Virus record (IMG/VR): IMGVR_UViG_2636415906_000002
From: a virus
Taxonomy: Duplodnaviria; Heunggongvirae; Uroviricota; Caudoviricetes
Length of the DNA stretch: 38,857 nt
Reading direction: 5' to 3' (one strand)
A program made the translations under genes and the position numbers. The notes beneath the pieces were generated by a model. It ran no database searches. It was not told where the DNA came from and was given only the letters and a program-made list of their open reading frames with translations. This document shows, one piece after another, positions 1-8,691 of the stretch; the stretch's first letter is position 1, and every line of letters starts with the position of its first letter.

Positions 1-893
1 TTTAATACCTCTTTGTTTACTGGGGTTAATATCTGAGATGGTAGTTCTGAAAGATTCTCTTGTTCAAGTATATGTTGAAAGCTTTTATTCATCATTATGA
101 TGTTAAAAATCTCATTTACTATTAGTAGGTTGGTTTTTATGAATTTTGAGTTGTTATAAACAGATTTATGTTCAGCGATACTATTTTCATAAAGCTCAAT
201 CAACTCCTCTGCAGTCATCCTTTTTGATGGTTTGTGATAATAAAATCCGGCTGCTTTTGCACCTTTATTCCCAACTGTTCTTTGATTTAGAATGTGTTTT
301 ATCTTTATAATGTCCCGACTTTTTATTAATTTTTTATCATATGCTTCGGTAAGAATATCTTGTGCTTCCTCAGTTTCACATCTTGCAAATTGCACTGCGA
401 GATACAGAGGCAAATTACCCCGTTCGACTGCTGAGAGAAGTTTATGCTCTCCCTTATCAAGTAGCATATTAATACTGCTCACCCAGTTCGATGAATATCC
501 AGTAATCTCACTTATTTCGGAGTCTGAAAGTCCTCTGATTTTCATGTCTTTAATCACCTGTAATAACTCATTAGAACGTGGTCTTCTCCTTGCAATGTTT
601 TCAACTAAACTCATAACGTAAGCATCTTCTTCTGATACATCTCTTATAATTGCTGGAATAATAGTTTCACCTAATGCAACGAGAGCCTCTATTCTCCCTT
701 GACCACAAATTAAAGCATATTTGAAATCGCCTTCATCAATAGCTCTTACGCTTATTGGCTTGCTTAATCCTCTTTTTTTTATGCTTTCCTTTATTTCTTC
801 ATGCACTACCTTATTTCTTGTTCGTGGGTTAAGAAATTTTATTTTTGCAATCTCAATTTGAATTATTGGGAATTCATTTTTTTCAGGCAGCAT
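1..893 (-). CDS. ParB/RepB-like N-terminal nuclease-domain protein (partial; C-terminus beyond window start)
   Basis: Manual reverse-complement translation from ATG 893..891 (RBS GAGGGA upstream) stays open to the window edge (about 297 codons); N-terminus IQIEIAKIKFLNPRTRNKVVHEEIKESIKKRGLSKPISVRAIDEGDFKYALICGQGRIEALVALGETIIPAIIRDVSEEDAYVMSLVENIARR fits the ParB/Srx fold with a GQGR arginine motif; AT-rich; start overlaps stop of upstream recombinase by 11 nt. Absent from ORF track because it has no in-window stop. Confidence 0.55.
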   Translation of the reverse strand, partial: MLPEKNEFPIIQIEIAKIKFLNPRTRNKVVHEEIKESIKKRGLSKPISVRAIDEGDFKYALICGQGRIEALVALGETIIPAIIRDVSEEDAYVMSLVENIARRRPRSNELLQVIKDMKIRGLSDSEISEITGYSSNWVSSINMLLDKGEHKLLSAVERGNLPLYLAVQFARCETEEAQDILTEAYDKKLIKSRDIIKIKHILNQRTVGNKGAKAAGFYYHKPSKRMTAEELIELYENSIAEHKSVYNNSKFIKTNLLIVNEIFNIIMMNKSFQHILEQENLSELPSQILTPVNKEVL

Positions 894-2439
894 ATAGTTC
901 CCTCACTTTCATGCGAGTAATAATTTGTAGAAGTTTATCAAGATTATCAAATCTATAGAGATCTAATCGAATGTTGTTTGTTTCCGTCATGCACATTTTA
1001 TTATATTCGTTTTCAATCTTTGGTATGATATAAAAATCAAGAGGTGAAATATTTTGTGAATTCATTCGTATAACAATTGTTATGTCTGCTTTCTGTGAGT
1101 TATCAAACCGGACTTTCCATCTAAGTTTACCTGATTTCATATGTATGCATTTAGTAACAAGGACGGAAATTAAAAACTCATCATTGATGTAAAGCATTGG
1201 GGCATATTTATACTCGTCTATATGACAGTTACTTTTTAAAATTTCACCCTTAAAATCCTCAATTATCTCTGAGTAAAATGATCTTAGTGCTTCATTTATT
1301 TTGAGATAGCTGTAATCATGTTCTGGCTTATAACCAATCAAAGTATATGCTCTTAAAAGACCACCAAATCGGGTTCTATAAACAGAAGATGAAGGGCCTG
1401 TATCATCTTCATCAATGATAAAGCCTGATAGTTTTCCATTAGATTCTAATTTTTGTTTTAGTTTTTCTAATAGATCTTCATTAGTCAAATGAATGGATCG
1501 GAGCTGAATTATTTCTTGAGCTTTATTGTATTTTTTCTTTGAAATAATAGGTTTATATGCCTTGTCACATCTAACCCATTCATGTTTGGGGTTTTTTACA
1601 AGCCTACTTTTTAATTTAGATGAGGTTTTGTTATATATGTTGTTTCCAATATATTTTTCATTTGTCAAAATTTGATGTATTTTTGCACGAGTCCATAATG
1701 TTCCATTTTCTGCAGGTATGTTCTGTTCATTTAATCTCTCAGCAATAATGAATTCTGGGACGTTATTATCTATAAAGAGATCATATATTCTATTTACAAT
1801 TTTTATTTCATTTTTTGGTCCCGGAATTAATATTACCCTATCTGTTTGAATACTCTTTCTTTTGCGGAAACTCAATATTTCTTTAGCTATGCCATTTTCG
1901 TCTACTAAAAGACGTCTCAGCCCATAACCAGCCATACCGCCTTGATGATAACCAAGCTTTATTAAATTTACTTGCCCTATAAATACCTTTTCAGATAGAT
2001 TCCTGCTGTGATATGCAGCACTAGATCTTTTTATATTCAGTATAACAGAGGACTCTAAAGGGAAATCTTTAGTGGGTATAGGTTCGGAACAATATATAAG
2101 ATCTACACCATTTCTCTCAAATAGAAAGGAATAATATGCCGCTTCATCACTATTTTGAAAACGACCAAAACGGCTCACATCATAAAATAATACAGCCTGT
2201 ATATCTATTTTCTTTTGTTCTACATCGCTAAGTAACTGCTGCAAAGAATGCCTGCCTACGATACTGACTCCGCTCTTACCTGCATCATCGTAGGTATAAG
2301 CGATTTCCATATTGTTCTTTTCAGCATAATCTTTGATATATTCGGACTGATTATGTAAAGAATATTGCTGATGGTCGGTAGACATCCTCAAGTACTGCGC
2401 GACCCTAACTCTATGATTTTTGTCATTTTCGCTAGCCAT
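883..2439 (-). CDS. large serine recombinase (resolvase-type catalytic domain + recombinase domain)
   Basis: 518-aa ORF; N-terminal VAQYLRMSTDHQ catalytic-serine motif and DDAGKSG...R pattern of resolvase domain, then GYHQGGMAGYGLRR recombinase-domain signature; strongly AT-rich. Confidence 0.7.
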   Translation of the reverse strand: MASENDKNHRVRVAQYLRMSTDHQQYSLHNQSEYIKDYAEKNNMEIAYTYDDAGKSGVSIVGRHSLQQLLSDVEQKKIDIQAVLFYDVSRFGRFQNSDEAAYYSFLFERNGVDLIYCSEPIPTKDFPLESSVILNIKRSSAAYHSRNLSEKVFIGQVNLIKLGYHQGGMAGYGLRRLLVDENGIAKEILSFRKRKSIQTDRVILIPGPKNEIKIVNRIYDLFIDNNVPEFIIAERLNEQNIPAENGTLWTRAKIHQILTNEKYIGNNIYNKTSSKLKSRLVKNPKHEWVRCDKAYKPIISKKKYNKAQEIIQLRSIHLTNEDLLEKLKQKLESNGKLSGFIIDEDDTGPSSSVYRTRFGGLLRAYTLIGYKPEHDYSYLKINEALRSFYSEIIEDFKGEILKSNCHIDEYKYAPMLYINDEFLISVLVTKCIHMKSGKLRWKVRFDNSQKADITIVIRMNSQNISPLDFYIIPKIENEYNKMCMTETNNIRLDLYRFDNLDKLLQIITRMKVRELYAA

Positions 2440-2609
2440 GCACGAAACCTCATGGATGATTCAATACAATGTAGTGGATAAAATTGATCAAATTTCAACC
2501 GAATTCAACTGTTTTATCATTGATTAGAGCGAATTTGGTAGATCTTCGAGGTGTATGATAATCGAGAAGAGATGTGAATTATTTAGCTGATATGACCGAC
2601 AGCTTTCGT

Positions 2610-2659
2610 TATGTGGACTCAATGTCCCCATTTGTAAATGGCTATGCTTAGTCCACATA
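2610..2659. promoter_or_regulatory. 10-bp perfect inverted repeat TATGTGGACT / AGTCCACATA with 30-bp spacer in the integrase - recombinase intergenic region
   Basis: read directly from sequence (2610..2619 and 2650..2659); lies upstream of the serine recombinase start. Confidence 0.3.
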
Positions 2660-2721
2660 GGTTAATGGTGTGATTATTAATTCTTTAACTAAATCAAGAT
2701 AGTTAATCCATCATGGGAGAG

Positions 2722-3951
2722 TTATGCGGCAATAACTTTGCATTTTTGAGACGAAACATAGTCACTCCACCATTGCATGAGAACCACCCGTTCAGTGAGA
2801 TACTCTGCACGATTGTAGGCTGCAATTATTTCATCTTTCTTCGAGTGGGCAAGGGCGGCTTCTAAGACATCAGTCCTAAACTTGCCAGACTCCTCAGCAG
2901 CCGTTCTAGCAATGGATCGCATACCGTGAGCTACAAGCTCACCTCCGAAACCCATACGGATTATGGCCGCATTAGCTGTTTGTTCATGCATGTGATTGAG
3001 TGGAGCTTTGATACTGGGGAACACCCACTCTCTATGCCCGCTGATGACTTTCATTAAATCCAAAACTCGCAAAGCTTCTTTGCTCAGTGGAACTTTGTGA
3101 GGCTTCTTCATTTTCATAAACTCCGCCGGGATGTTCCACATGCCAGTTTCAATATCAATATCTGACCATCTTGTGCGAACAGCTTCACCTGGGCGAACCC
3201 ATGTGAGAAGTTGCCACTCAATCAGTAGCCTTGTTTCCAAACGGATAGAAGCATTGTTTAGAGCAACCAAGAAGCGAGGGAGTTCGGAAGGGGGTAATGC
3301 TGGCATATTCTGTTTTTTTGGCTTGCTGAACCGTTGCCCCAGGTTGTCTGCCGGGTTGAATTCTATGAGTTCTTCTGTTGCTGCATAGCGGAAAATTTCA
3401 TTCAGGCGGGATATGATGCGGCGAAGTGTTTCAAGGACACCTCGTTTTTCTATGGGTTCTAAATGCTGTTTAAGCATTTTAGGGCGAATCTCCTTAATTG
3501 GGGTATCACCCAATGTGGAAAAGATATTTCTCTCTAGGCTTCGCCAGATGTCGTTAGCATGATCTTGGGAGATGCCTGACGTTTTGACTTTCTCATCAAG
3601 CCACTTCTTGGCTACTGCTTGAAATGTATGTTCCGTGGCATCTTTCAGTGCATTGGCTTTTTGGTTGTTATGAACTTGGGGGTCTATACCATTTGTAAGC
3701 AACGACAAGTATTCATCACGTAAAGCTCGTGCCTTCGCAAGTGTAAGGTGAGGATAGGTTCCTAAGCTCACCTTAGTTCGCTTTTTGGTCACAGGCACTG
3801 CATATCTGAAATACCAATTTTTCTTCCCTCCCTTCGCCAGGGGAGCGATTCGCAACAGCAAACCATCGCCGTCAAAAAGGTTAACCTCTTTTTCGGCAGG
3901 TTTGGTGCTTTTGATTTCAGTGTCAGTGAGCTTCTTAGCGATTTTGGCCAT
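2722..3951 (-). CDS. tyrosine integrase, P4/CP4-57 IntA family
   Basis: ORF 2722..4032; probable true start ATG at 3951 giving MAKIAKKLTDTEIK...FDGDGLLLRI...WYFRY, the typical N-terminus of P4-family integrases; C-terminal catalytic region (GMRSIARTAAEESG...AYNRAEYL); sits directly downstream of an ssrA 3-prime-end copy and terminator. Confidence 0.85.
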   Translation of the reverse strand: MAKIAKKLTDTEIKSTKPAEKEVNLFDGDGLLLRIAPLAKGGKKNWYFRYAVPVTKKRTKVSLGTYPHLTLAKARALRDEYLSLLTNGIDPQVHNNQKANALKDATEHTFQAVAKKWLDEKVKTSGISQDHANDIWRSLERNIFSTLGDTPIKEIRPKMLKQHLEPIEKRGVLETLRRIISRLNEIFRYAATEELIEFNPADNLGQRFSKPKKQNMPALPPSELPRFLVALNNASIRLETRLLIEWQLLTWVRPGEAVRTRWSDIDIETGMWNIPAEFMKMKKPHKVPLSKEALRVLDLMKVISGHREWVFPSIKAPLNHMHEQTANAAIIRMGFGGELVAHGMRSIARTAAEESGKFRTDVLEAALAHSKKDEIIAAYNRAEYLTERVVLMQWWSDYVSSQKCKVIAA

Positions 3952-4049
3952 GTTTGGGACCCTCGATTTTAGGACCCATCTTCGTGGGTCCCATTCAGGG
4001 TGCCATAACTCGTAGTTCTCAGCAATTCTCACTAGACTACAATAGACGT

Positions 4050-4082
4050 AAAAAAGCCCGCAGAGCTTGTGCTGTGCGGGCT
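4050..4082 (-). terminator. intrinsic terminator (ancestral ssrA-downstream hairpin, now left at attL)
   Basis: minus-strand AGCCCGCA - loop - TGCGGGCT followed by TTTTTT. Confidence 0.5.
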
Positions 4083-4113
4083 TAGTAGACTTTACTGAAC
4101 TTCAGTACATCAA

Positions 4114-4162
4114 TATTTGGTGGAGCTGGCGGGAGTTGAACCCGCGTCCGAAATTCCTACAT
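4114..4162. repeat. attL: 49-bp direct repeat (45 nt of ssrA 3-prime end + 4 nt), identical to 37794..37842
   Basis: TATTTGGTGGAGCTGGCGGGAGTTGAACCCGCGTCCGAAATTCCTACAT present at both positions; flanking bases diverge on both sides. Confidence 0.85.
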
Positions 4163-4247
4163 ACCATTTTCACTATAGCAAAAACATTAACTTGCGTTTA
4201 AAATCAGTAAGTTAGTATTATCTTGTGTTTGTCCGTTTTACTCATTT

Positions 4248-5294
4248 TTAATGTTCTGTCGCCAATCTGTCGCCATTGTAGGTCAACGAAGGTTGAGCCT
4301 TCCCTTTGTTTGTTACAATTTCATCAAAGATAGCTGGATTATTATCTTTCAGTAATCTTGCTAGTATAATGATTTGCCCAGACGAGCCATCATCCTTGAA
4401 TGAAAGGAAATTATCGGTAATATCAAGAATATCAATGGTAAATTTGAAGTAGGTTTCAATTGTATCGCCAAGTTCAATGCTGGACATGAAGTTAGTAATC
4501 ATTTCATATCCATCAAAGTATAAAGTTGCATGTTCATTTAACTCCATGGGAGTTAGGCAAAGCATTCGATTAAGTTCGGATAAGTGTTTTTCTATTGAAT
4601 GAAGAGATTGCATTTGACGGATTAAAACTTCGGCAAACTGAGAGCCACGATTAGATGAATGTATCTTCTCTAGGTTTTTTAGTATATCAACCCAGTGATT
4701 ATTTACTTCACGTATGTATTCTTTATCTGTATTTTTAGGCCGTCCCTTCTCTGGTGAGCTATTTATGAAAATATATCTATATAGATGTATTGGGTAGTTT
4801 ATTTTATAACTTATCTCTTTAGTACCATAATGACGTTCGCGTTTAATGGTTTTGTTAGGTAAATTGGTGAAATAATCAGTAACGAACTTTAGATGGCTAT
4901 AGTAGCTATCAGATAGATTCTTTTGCTTGGTTTCCTCAATTTGTCGGTTTGTTTGAACTGTGCGGTGTATGTTTGCTACGACAGCAACAAATGGTATGGA
5001 CAAAGAAAGTAAGGCGATAGGAAGCTTGCTAATTGCAATGAAATTATTAAAGCCCTCACTATCAAATTGAGGGGAATGTCCAAGCCAGGAAAATATACCA
5101 AAGTATATCGCTGAAAATACAGGAATCCTAAGTGATTGTTTAAATAAGTATTGACTTGTTAATGGCCTTTCATCCATGTTAAAGCCTTTTTTTGATACGC
5201 ATAGATATAATTCAAGGCATATATATAAAAAATATATTATGATAAGTAAGTACGATATCCATGGGTATTGTGGGATATAGTTATTAACAAGCAC
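4248..5294 (-). CDS. membrane-anchored protein of unknown function (att-proximal prophage cargo)
   Basis: 348-codon ORF with GTG at 5294 overlapping int stop by 11 nt (alternative ATG at 5177 gives 309 aa); 2-3 N-terminal hydrophobic helices then about 240-aa soluble domain with no motif I recognise; markedly AT-rich. Confidence 0.55.
   Translation of the reverse strand: MLVNNYIPQYPWISYLLIIIYFLYICLELYLCVSKKGFNMDERPLTSQYLFKQSLRIPVFSAIYFGIFSWLGHSPQFDSEGFNNFIAISKLPIALLSLSIPFVAVVANIHRTVQTNRQIEETKQKNLSDSYYSHLKFVTDYFTNLPNKTIKRERHYGTKEISYKINYPIHLYRYIFINSSPEKGRPKNTDKEYIREVNNHWVDILKNLEKIHSSNRGSQFAEVLIRQMQSLHSIEKHLSELNRMLCLTPMELNEHATLYFDGYEMITNFMSSIELGDTIETYFKFTIDILDITDNFLSFKDDGSSGQIIILARLLKDNNPAIFDEIVTNKGKAQPSLTYNGDRLATEH
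4256..4276. repeat. tandem CTGTCGCCA 9-mers (candidate integrase arm-type sites, P-arm side of attP)
   Basis: CTGTCGCCA at 4256..4264 and 4267..4275; same 9-mer recurs at 37730..37738 and inverted at 37702..37710 on the other side of the att core. Confidence 0.3.
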
Positions 5295-6324
5295 TTTCTA
5301 ATTTTCTCCATCCAAGGTTAGCAAGAGGATTTTTGGTTACAGCATCTTCCAGATGGTCGGGAGCGAAGTGGGCGTAAATCATTGTCATTTTTATATCGAC
5401 ATGGCCCAGAATATCGCGCAGCACCAGTATGTTTCCGCCATTCATCATAAAGTGACTTGCAAATGTATGTCGTAATACGTGTGTGCATTGCCCTTCTGGT
5501 AGCTCGATACCAGCTCGTTTTACCGCACGTTCAAAAGCTTTCCTACAAGGTGTAAATAATTTTCCCCTATTCTTAGGCAGTTCTTCATATAAATCCTTTG
5601 AAATAGGCACTGTTCGGTTTTTCTTTCCTTTAGTCTTGGTATAAGTGATACGGTATTTTGATACCTGATGACTCTGTAGGTTTTCGGCTTCGCTCCAGCG
5701 TGCGCCGGTGGCCAAGCATATTTTTGCAATCATCAGCAGACTGGGGCTTTGAGAATCAGCACAGGCATCCAGCAGACGTTTAATTTCTTCCGGGGTCAGG
5801 AACGCCAATTCACCCTCAGCAATTTTAAATGTTGGCAGCCCAGCAAGCGGGTTGGGGGCTGACCAGTGGCCCAGCTTTTTCAGTGTACCAAAAACAGATG
5901 ATAGGTTGCGCTGTTCAAGATTTACCGTGCGGGGCTTAACGGGCGACATAAGCGTGCCATCTTCATTTCGTACTTCACCTTTTAACCGTGCTTCGCGGTA
6001 TTTCGTAAACTCACCAGCTGTCAGTTCTGAGGCGATGGGATCGCCTAGACCATTACAGATAATTCTAAGTTTCGCCATGAGGCGCTTGGGGTCTGCGAGT
6101 GTTTGACCATACAGGGAATACCACAGCTCAATTAATTCTGATAGATGTCGCCGATCTTCCTTTTCCCCTAGCCATGGTTTTTTGTTCACTTCTTCCATTG
6201 TGAAGCTTTCAAACGCAATGGCTTCGCCTTTGGTAGCAAATTGCTTACGCACGCGCTTACCATTGCGTCCATTGGGATAGCACTCACACAACCATTTTCC
6301 GTTCGGCTGTTTTCTGATGGTCAT
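5284..6324 (-). CDS. int: P2/186-type tyrosine integrase
   Basis: 346 aa; LATGARWSEAENL ... HVLRHTFASHF ... IKMTMIYAHF catalytic R / HxxR / Y pattern; positioned next to attL and downstream of repressor as in P2. Confidence 0.9.
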   Translation of the reverse strand: MTIRKQPNGKWLCECYPNGRNGKRVRKQFATKGEAIAFESFTMEEVNKKPWLGEKEDRRHLSELIELWYSLYGQTLADPKRLMAKLRIICNGLGDPIASELTAGEFTKYREARLKGEVRNEDGTLMSPVKPRTVNLEQRNLSSVFGTLKKLGHWSAPNPLAGLPTFKIAEGELAFLTPEEIKRLLDACADSQSPSLLMIAKICLATGARWSEAENLQSHQVSKYRITYTKTKGKKNRTVPISKDLYEELPKNRGKLFTPCRKAFERAVKRAGIELPEGQCTHVLRHTFASHFMMNGGNILVLRDILGHVDIKMTMIYAHFAPDHLEDAVTKNPLANLGWRKLESAC

Positions 6325-6327
6325 AAG

Positions 6328-6966
6328 TTAGAGGTTCTTGATTACTTTGACTGCACGTCCTACGACTTCCACATCATCTACAGAACATTCAAATGAAGTG
6401 TCATCTTGGTTAACTACTATTTTGTTTCCGGGTATGCGCGCAATTTTGACGATGCTTTTAACTCCGTCCATATCGACTAACCAGAAGCCATTACTGACTT
6501 GTTTAACAGACGTATCCACTACAAAGCTATCATTAGCTGTTTTAACAAATAAAGCGTTGGATGAGTCACCATCGAGCAGGCTGCTATCAAGAAGAATTTC
6601 ATCACTTGGCTGCAGTTCGCCGTTCTTCAGTTCAACACGTTTGATGCTAGGAGCAACGATCTTAGAAAGTGGTCTTACAGTGACGGGAGGTTCATTTTTG
6701 AGATTTGTTTCTTCGTTCTCACACGCATACATATCTCCTTGACCAGTAGCCAGCCATAGAAGGGAAGCTCCTGTTTCAAGGGCACATTGGATTACCCATT
6801 CGGCAGGAAAGCTATCCCTTAAGTATCTGTTAGCCATAGTGCTTTTTGATACTTCCAGATGTTCGCAGAGCTGCTGTCGTGAGCTGAAGTTGTAAGCCTT
6901 AATAAGCCTATTAATCGCATCGCGCCCACCACTATCATTCCCCGCCTTGATTAAACTCATAATCAA
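6328..6966 (-). CDS. cI: immunity repressor, 186 CI-like
   Basis: 212 aa; N-terminal HTH-like region (SSRQQLCEHLEVSKSTMANRYL) and C-terminal domain; divergent from apl/cII across an operator-rich intergenic region; cotranscribed with int. Confidence 0.75.
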   Translation of the reverse strand: MIMSLIKAGNDSGGRDAINRLIKAYNFSSRQQLCEHLEVSKSTMANRYLRDSFPAEWVIQCALETGASLLWLATGQGDMYACENEETNLKNEPPVTVRPLSKIVAPSIKRVELKNGELQPSDEILLDSSLLDGDSSNALFVKTANDSFVVDTSVKQVSNGFWLVDMDGVKSIVKIARIPGNKIVVNQDDTSFECSVDDVEVVGRAVKVIKNL

Positions 6967-7062
6967 ACCTCTTGACGCATATAAAAAGTGATCTTAATAT
7001 CCATTTATGGTTTGAAAAGCAAAACCAAACCACATAAAACAAGATAAAACGAAACCAAACTA
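6964..7062. promoter_or_regulatory. operator region: four CAAACC/GGTTTG half-site copies around the early promoter
   Basis: CAAACC at 6964, inverted TGGTTTG at 7008, CCAAACC at 7024 and CCAAAC at 7054, flanking the -35/-10 elements. Confidence 0.3.
6972..7000 (+). promoter_or_regulatory. candidate sigma70 early lytic promoter (pR-like): TTGACG - 17 nt - TAATAT
   Basis: -35 at 6972..6977, -10 at 6995..7000, directed toward apl/cII. Confidence 0.45.
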
Positions 7063-7076
7063 AGAGATACTGCACT

Positions 7077-7319
7077 ATGAGTACTGATATTTCAATTCGT
7101 GTACCAAAAGAGATGGCAACGCCTGCTGAGTTCGCGGAATGGGAAGGTATCTCCCGCGGCTCCGTGTATCAAAAAATTCACCATGGTCAGCTTGCTAAAT
7201 ACATGGTCAAGAAAGAAAAAAACAAAGGCCGCGTAAGCCTGCGTTATTTAATGTACAAAACCGATCAGGTCCGTGAATCCCTCGGTCATTCCAACTTCCG
7301 CGTCATTGTTGGTAAGTAA
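7077..7319 (+). CDS. Apl/Cox-type small DNA-binding excisionase / lysis-lysogeny regulator
   Basis: 80-aa first gene of the rightward early operon, divergent from cI; position and size as 186 Apl / P2 Cox. Confidence 0.65.
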   Translation: MSTDISIRVPKEMATPAEFAEWEGISRGSVYQKIHHGQLAKYMVKKEKNKGRVSLRYLMYKTDQVRESLGHSNFRVIVGK

Positions 7320-7351
7320 GTTCAATTATGAGAACTTTCTAAGGGGGTAGC

Positions 7352-7861
7352 ATGTTTGATTATAAGATTTCCAAACACCCGCATTTTGATGAAGCCTGTA
7401 GAGCTTTTGCACTTCGTCACAATATGGCGAAGCTGGCAGAACGTGCAGGAATGAATGTCCAGACTCTGCGAAACAAACTCAACCCAGATCAACCGCATCA
7501 GCTCAATGCGCCAGAAATCTGGCTGCTTACCGATCTGACTGAAGATTCAACGCTGATAGATGGTTTTCTGGCACAGATTCACTGCCTGCCATGTGTACCG
7601 ATTAATGAGGTAGCAAAAGAGAAACTGCCGCATTACGTCATGAGTGCAACCGCAGAGATCGGGCGTATTGCTGCAGGTGCGGTATCTGGCAATGTAAAAA
7701 CCAGTGCAGGTCGTCGTGATGCTATCAGCAGCATTAACTCTGTAACACGACTGATGGCGCTGGCTGCTGTTTCATTGCAGGCCCGTTTACAGGCTAACCC
7801 GGCGATGGCGAGTGCAGTTGATACCATGACTGGCCTTGGTGCTTCATTCGGTTTGCTGTGA
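7352..7861 (+). CDS. cII: CII-like lysogeny establishment regulator
   Basis: 169 aa, same length and position as 186 CII; RBS AAGGGGG before ATG. Confidence 0.7.
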   Translation: MFDYKISKHPHFDEACRAFALRHNMAKLAERAGMNVQTLRNKLNPDQPHQLNAPEIWLLTDLTEDSTLIDGFLAQIHCLPCVPINEVAKEKLPHYVMSATAEIGRIAAGAVSGNVKTSAGRRDAISSINSVTRLMALAAVSLQARLQANPAMASAVDTMTGLGASFGLL

Positions 7862-7868
7862 GGTGTTT

Positions 7869-8165
7869 ATGCTGACGAAAGAACCATCATTTGCATCGTT
7901 GCTGGTAAAACAAAGCCCGGCAATGCACTACGGTCACGGCTGGATCACGGGTGAGGATGGAAAACGCTGGCATCCATGTCATTCACAAGATGAATTGCTG
8001 TCTGAATTGACCACGAGGAAACGGAGAAAGTCCAAATGTATGGGGCAGAAAGTGAAGTGGTTTATCAGTTTCGTTACAGAGGGGAGAGTTATTCAGTACC
8101 TGAAGATGATTTGCTCTGTTGCTATCCGTCATTGTCGGGCGATGGCAGTTACTTTTTCACGTTAA
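7869..8165 (+). CDS. hypothetical early-operon protein
   Basis: ATG at 7869 with RBS GAGGTG; overlaps the next ORF in a different frame. Confidence 0.4.
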   Translation: MLTKEPSFASLLVKQSPAMHYGHGWITGEDGKRWHPCHSQDELLSELTTRKRRKSKCMGQKVKWFISFVTEGRVIQYLKMICSVAIRHCRAMAVTFSR

Positions 8166-8260
8166 AGGATGGGACGTTTTTACGGGGAGAGCAGGTTAAA
8201 GAGACGATACGAAAAAATGTATCTCCTCTTGAGCGTTACCGTAAGAACAAAGAACGATAG
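8036..8260 (+). CDS. hypothetical early-operon protein
   Basis: 74-aa ORF with RBS GGAGAAAG; overlaps 7869..8165 by 130 nt in another frame, so only one may be real. Confidence 0.3.
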   Translation: MYGAESEVVYQFRYRGESYSVPEDDLLCCYPSLSGDGSYFFTLKDGTFLRGEQVKETIRKNVSPLERYRKNKER

Positions 8261-8282
8261 CTGCGTTTGGGGGATATGAAGT

Positions 8283-8624
8283 ATGGCAATTAATGGCGCT
8301 GCAGCAACTGTTCCATTAAGCCCCGGTGAACGCCTGAATGGACTTAATCACATTGCGGAGTTAAGGGCGAAAGTTTTTGGCCTGAATATTGAGTCAGAGC
8401 TTGAGCGGTTTATTAAAGATATGCGTGATCCACGGGATATCAATAATGAACAAAATAAACGGGCACTGGCTGCCATATTCTTTATGGCAAAAATTCCAGC
8501 TGAACGTCATAGCATCAGCATTAATGAGCTGACCACTGACGAAAAGCGGGAGCTGATTAAAGCAATGAATCATTTTCGTGCAGTGGTGAGCTTATTTCCC
8601 AGACGGCTAACCATGCCGAATTAA
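8283..8624 (+). CDS. hypothetical early-operon protein
   Basis: 113-aa ORF, ATG start, co-directional in early operon. Confidence 0.5.
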   Translation: MAINGAAATVPLSPGERLNGLNHIAELRAKVFGLNIESELERFIKDMRDPRDINNEQNKRALAAIFFMAKIPAERHSISINELTTDEKRELIKAMNHFRAVVSLFPRRLTMPN

Positions 8625-8691
8625 CCAACTAATGAAATTAATGGCGTAAACCCGCCGGGCATCCCTTTATCTAAATTCAGGAGAATTGATT

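Larger units (their letters stand above)
1..4113. mobile_element. proximal part of an IntA-type (CP4-57-like) integrative island, older tandem insertion at ssrA; distal end outside window
   Basis: P4/IntA-family integrase immediately downstream of an ssrA 3-prime-end copy plus its terminator; AT-rich cargo (serine recombinase, ParB-like) to the left. Confidence 0.6.

Noticed and set aside
292-621. 109-aa plus-strand ORF
   Set aside because: Lies antisense inside the ParB-like gene, low-complexity Leu/Ser/Ile-rich translation, no RBS; judged an AT-rich antisense artifact.
3131-4015. Plus-strand ORFs 3131..3388 and 3785..4015
   Set aside because: Embedded antisense in the IntA-type integrase gene.
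7060-7110. Leftward pL promoter facing pR, as in 186
   Set aside because: Could not find a convincing -35/-10 pair on the minus strand by eye; left unannotated.
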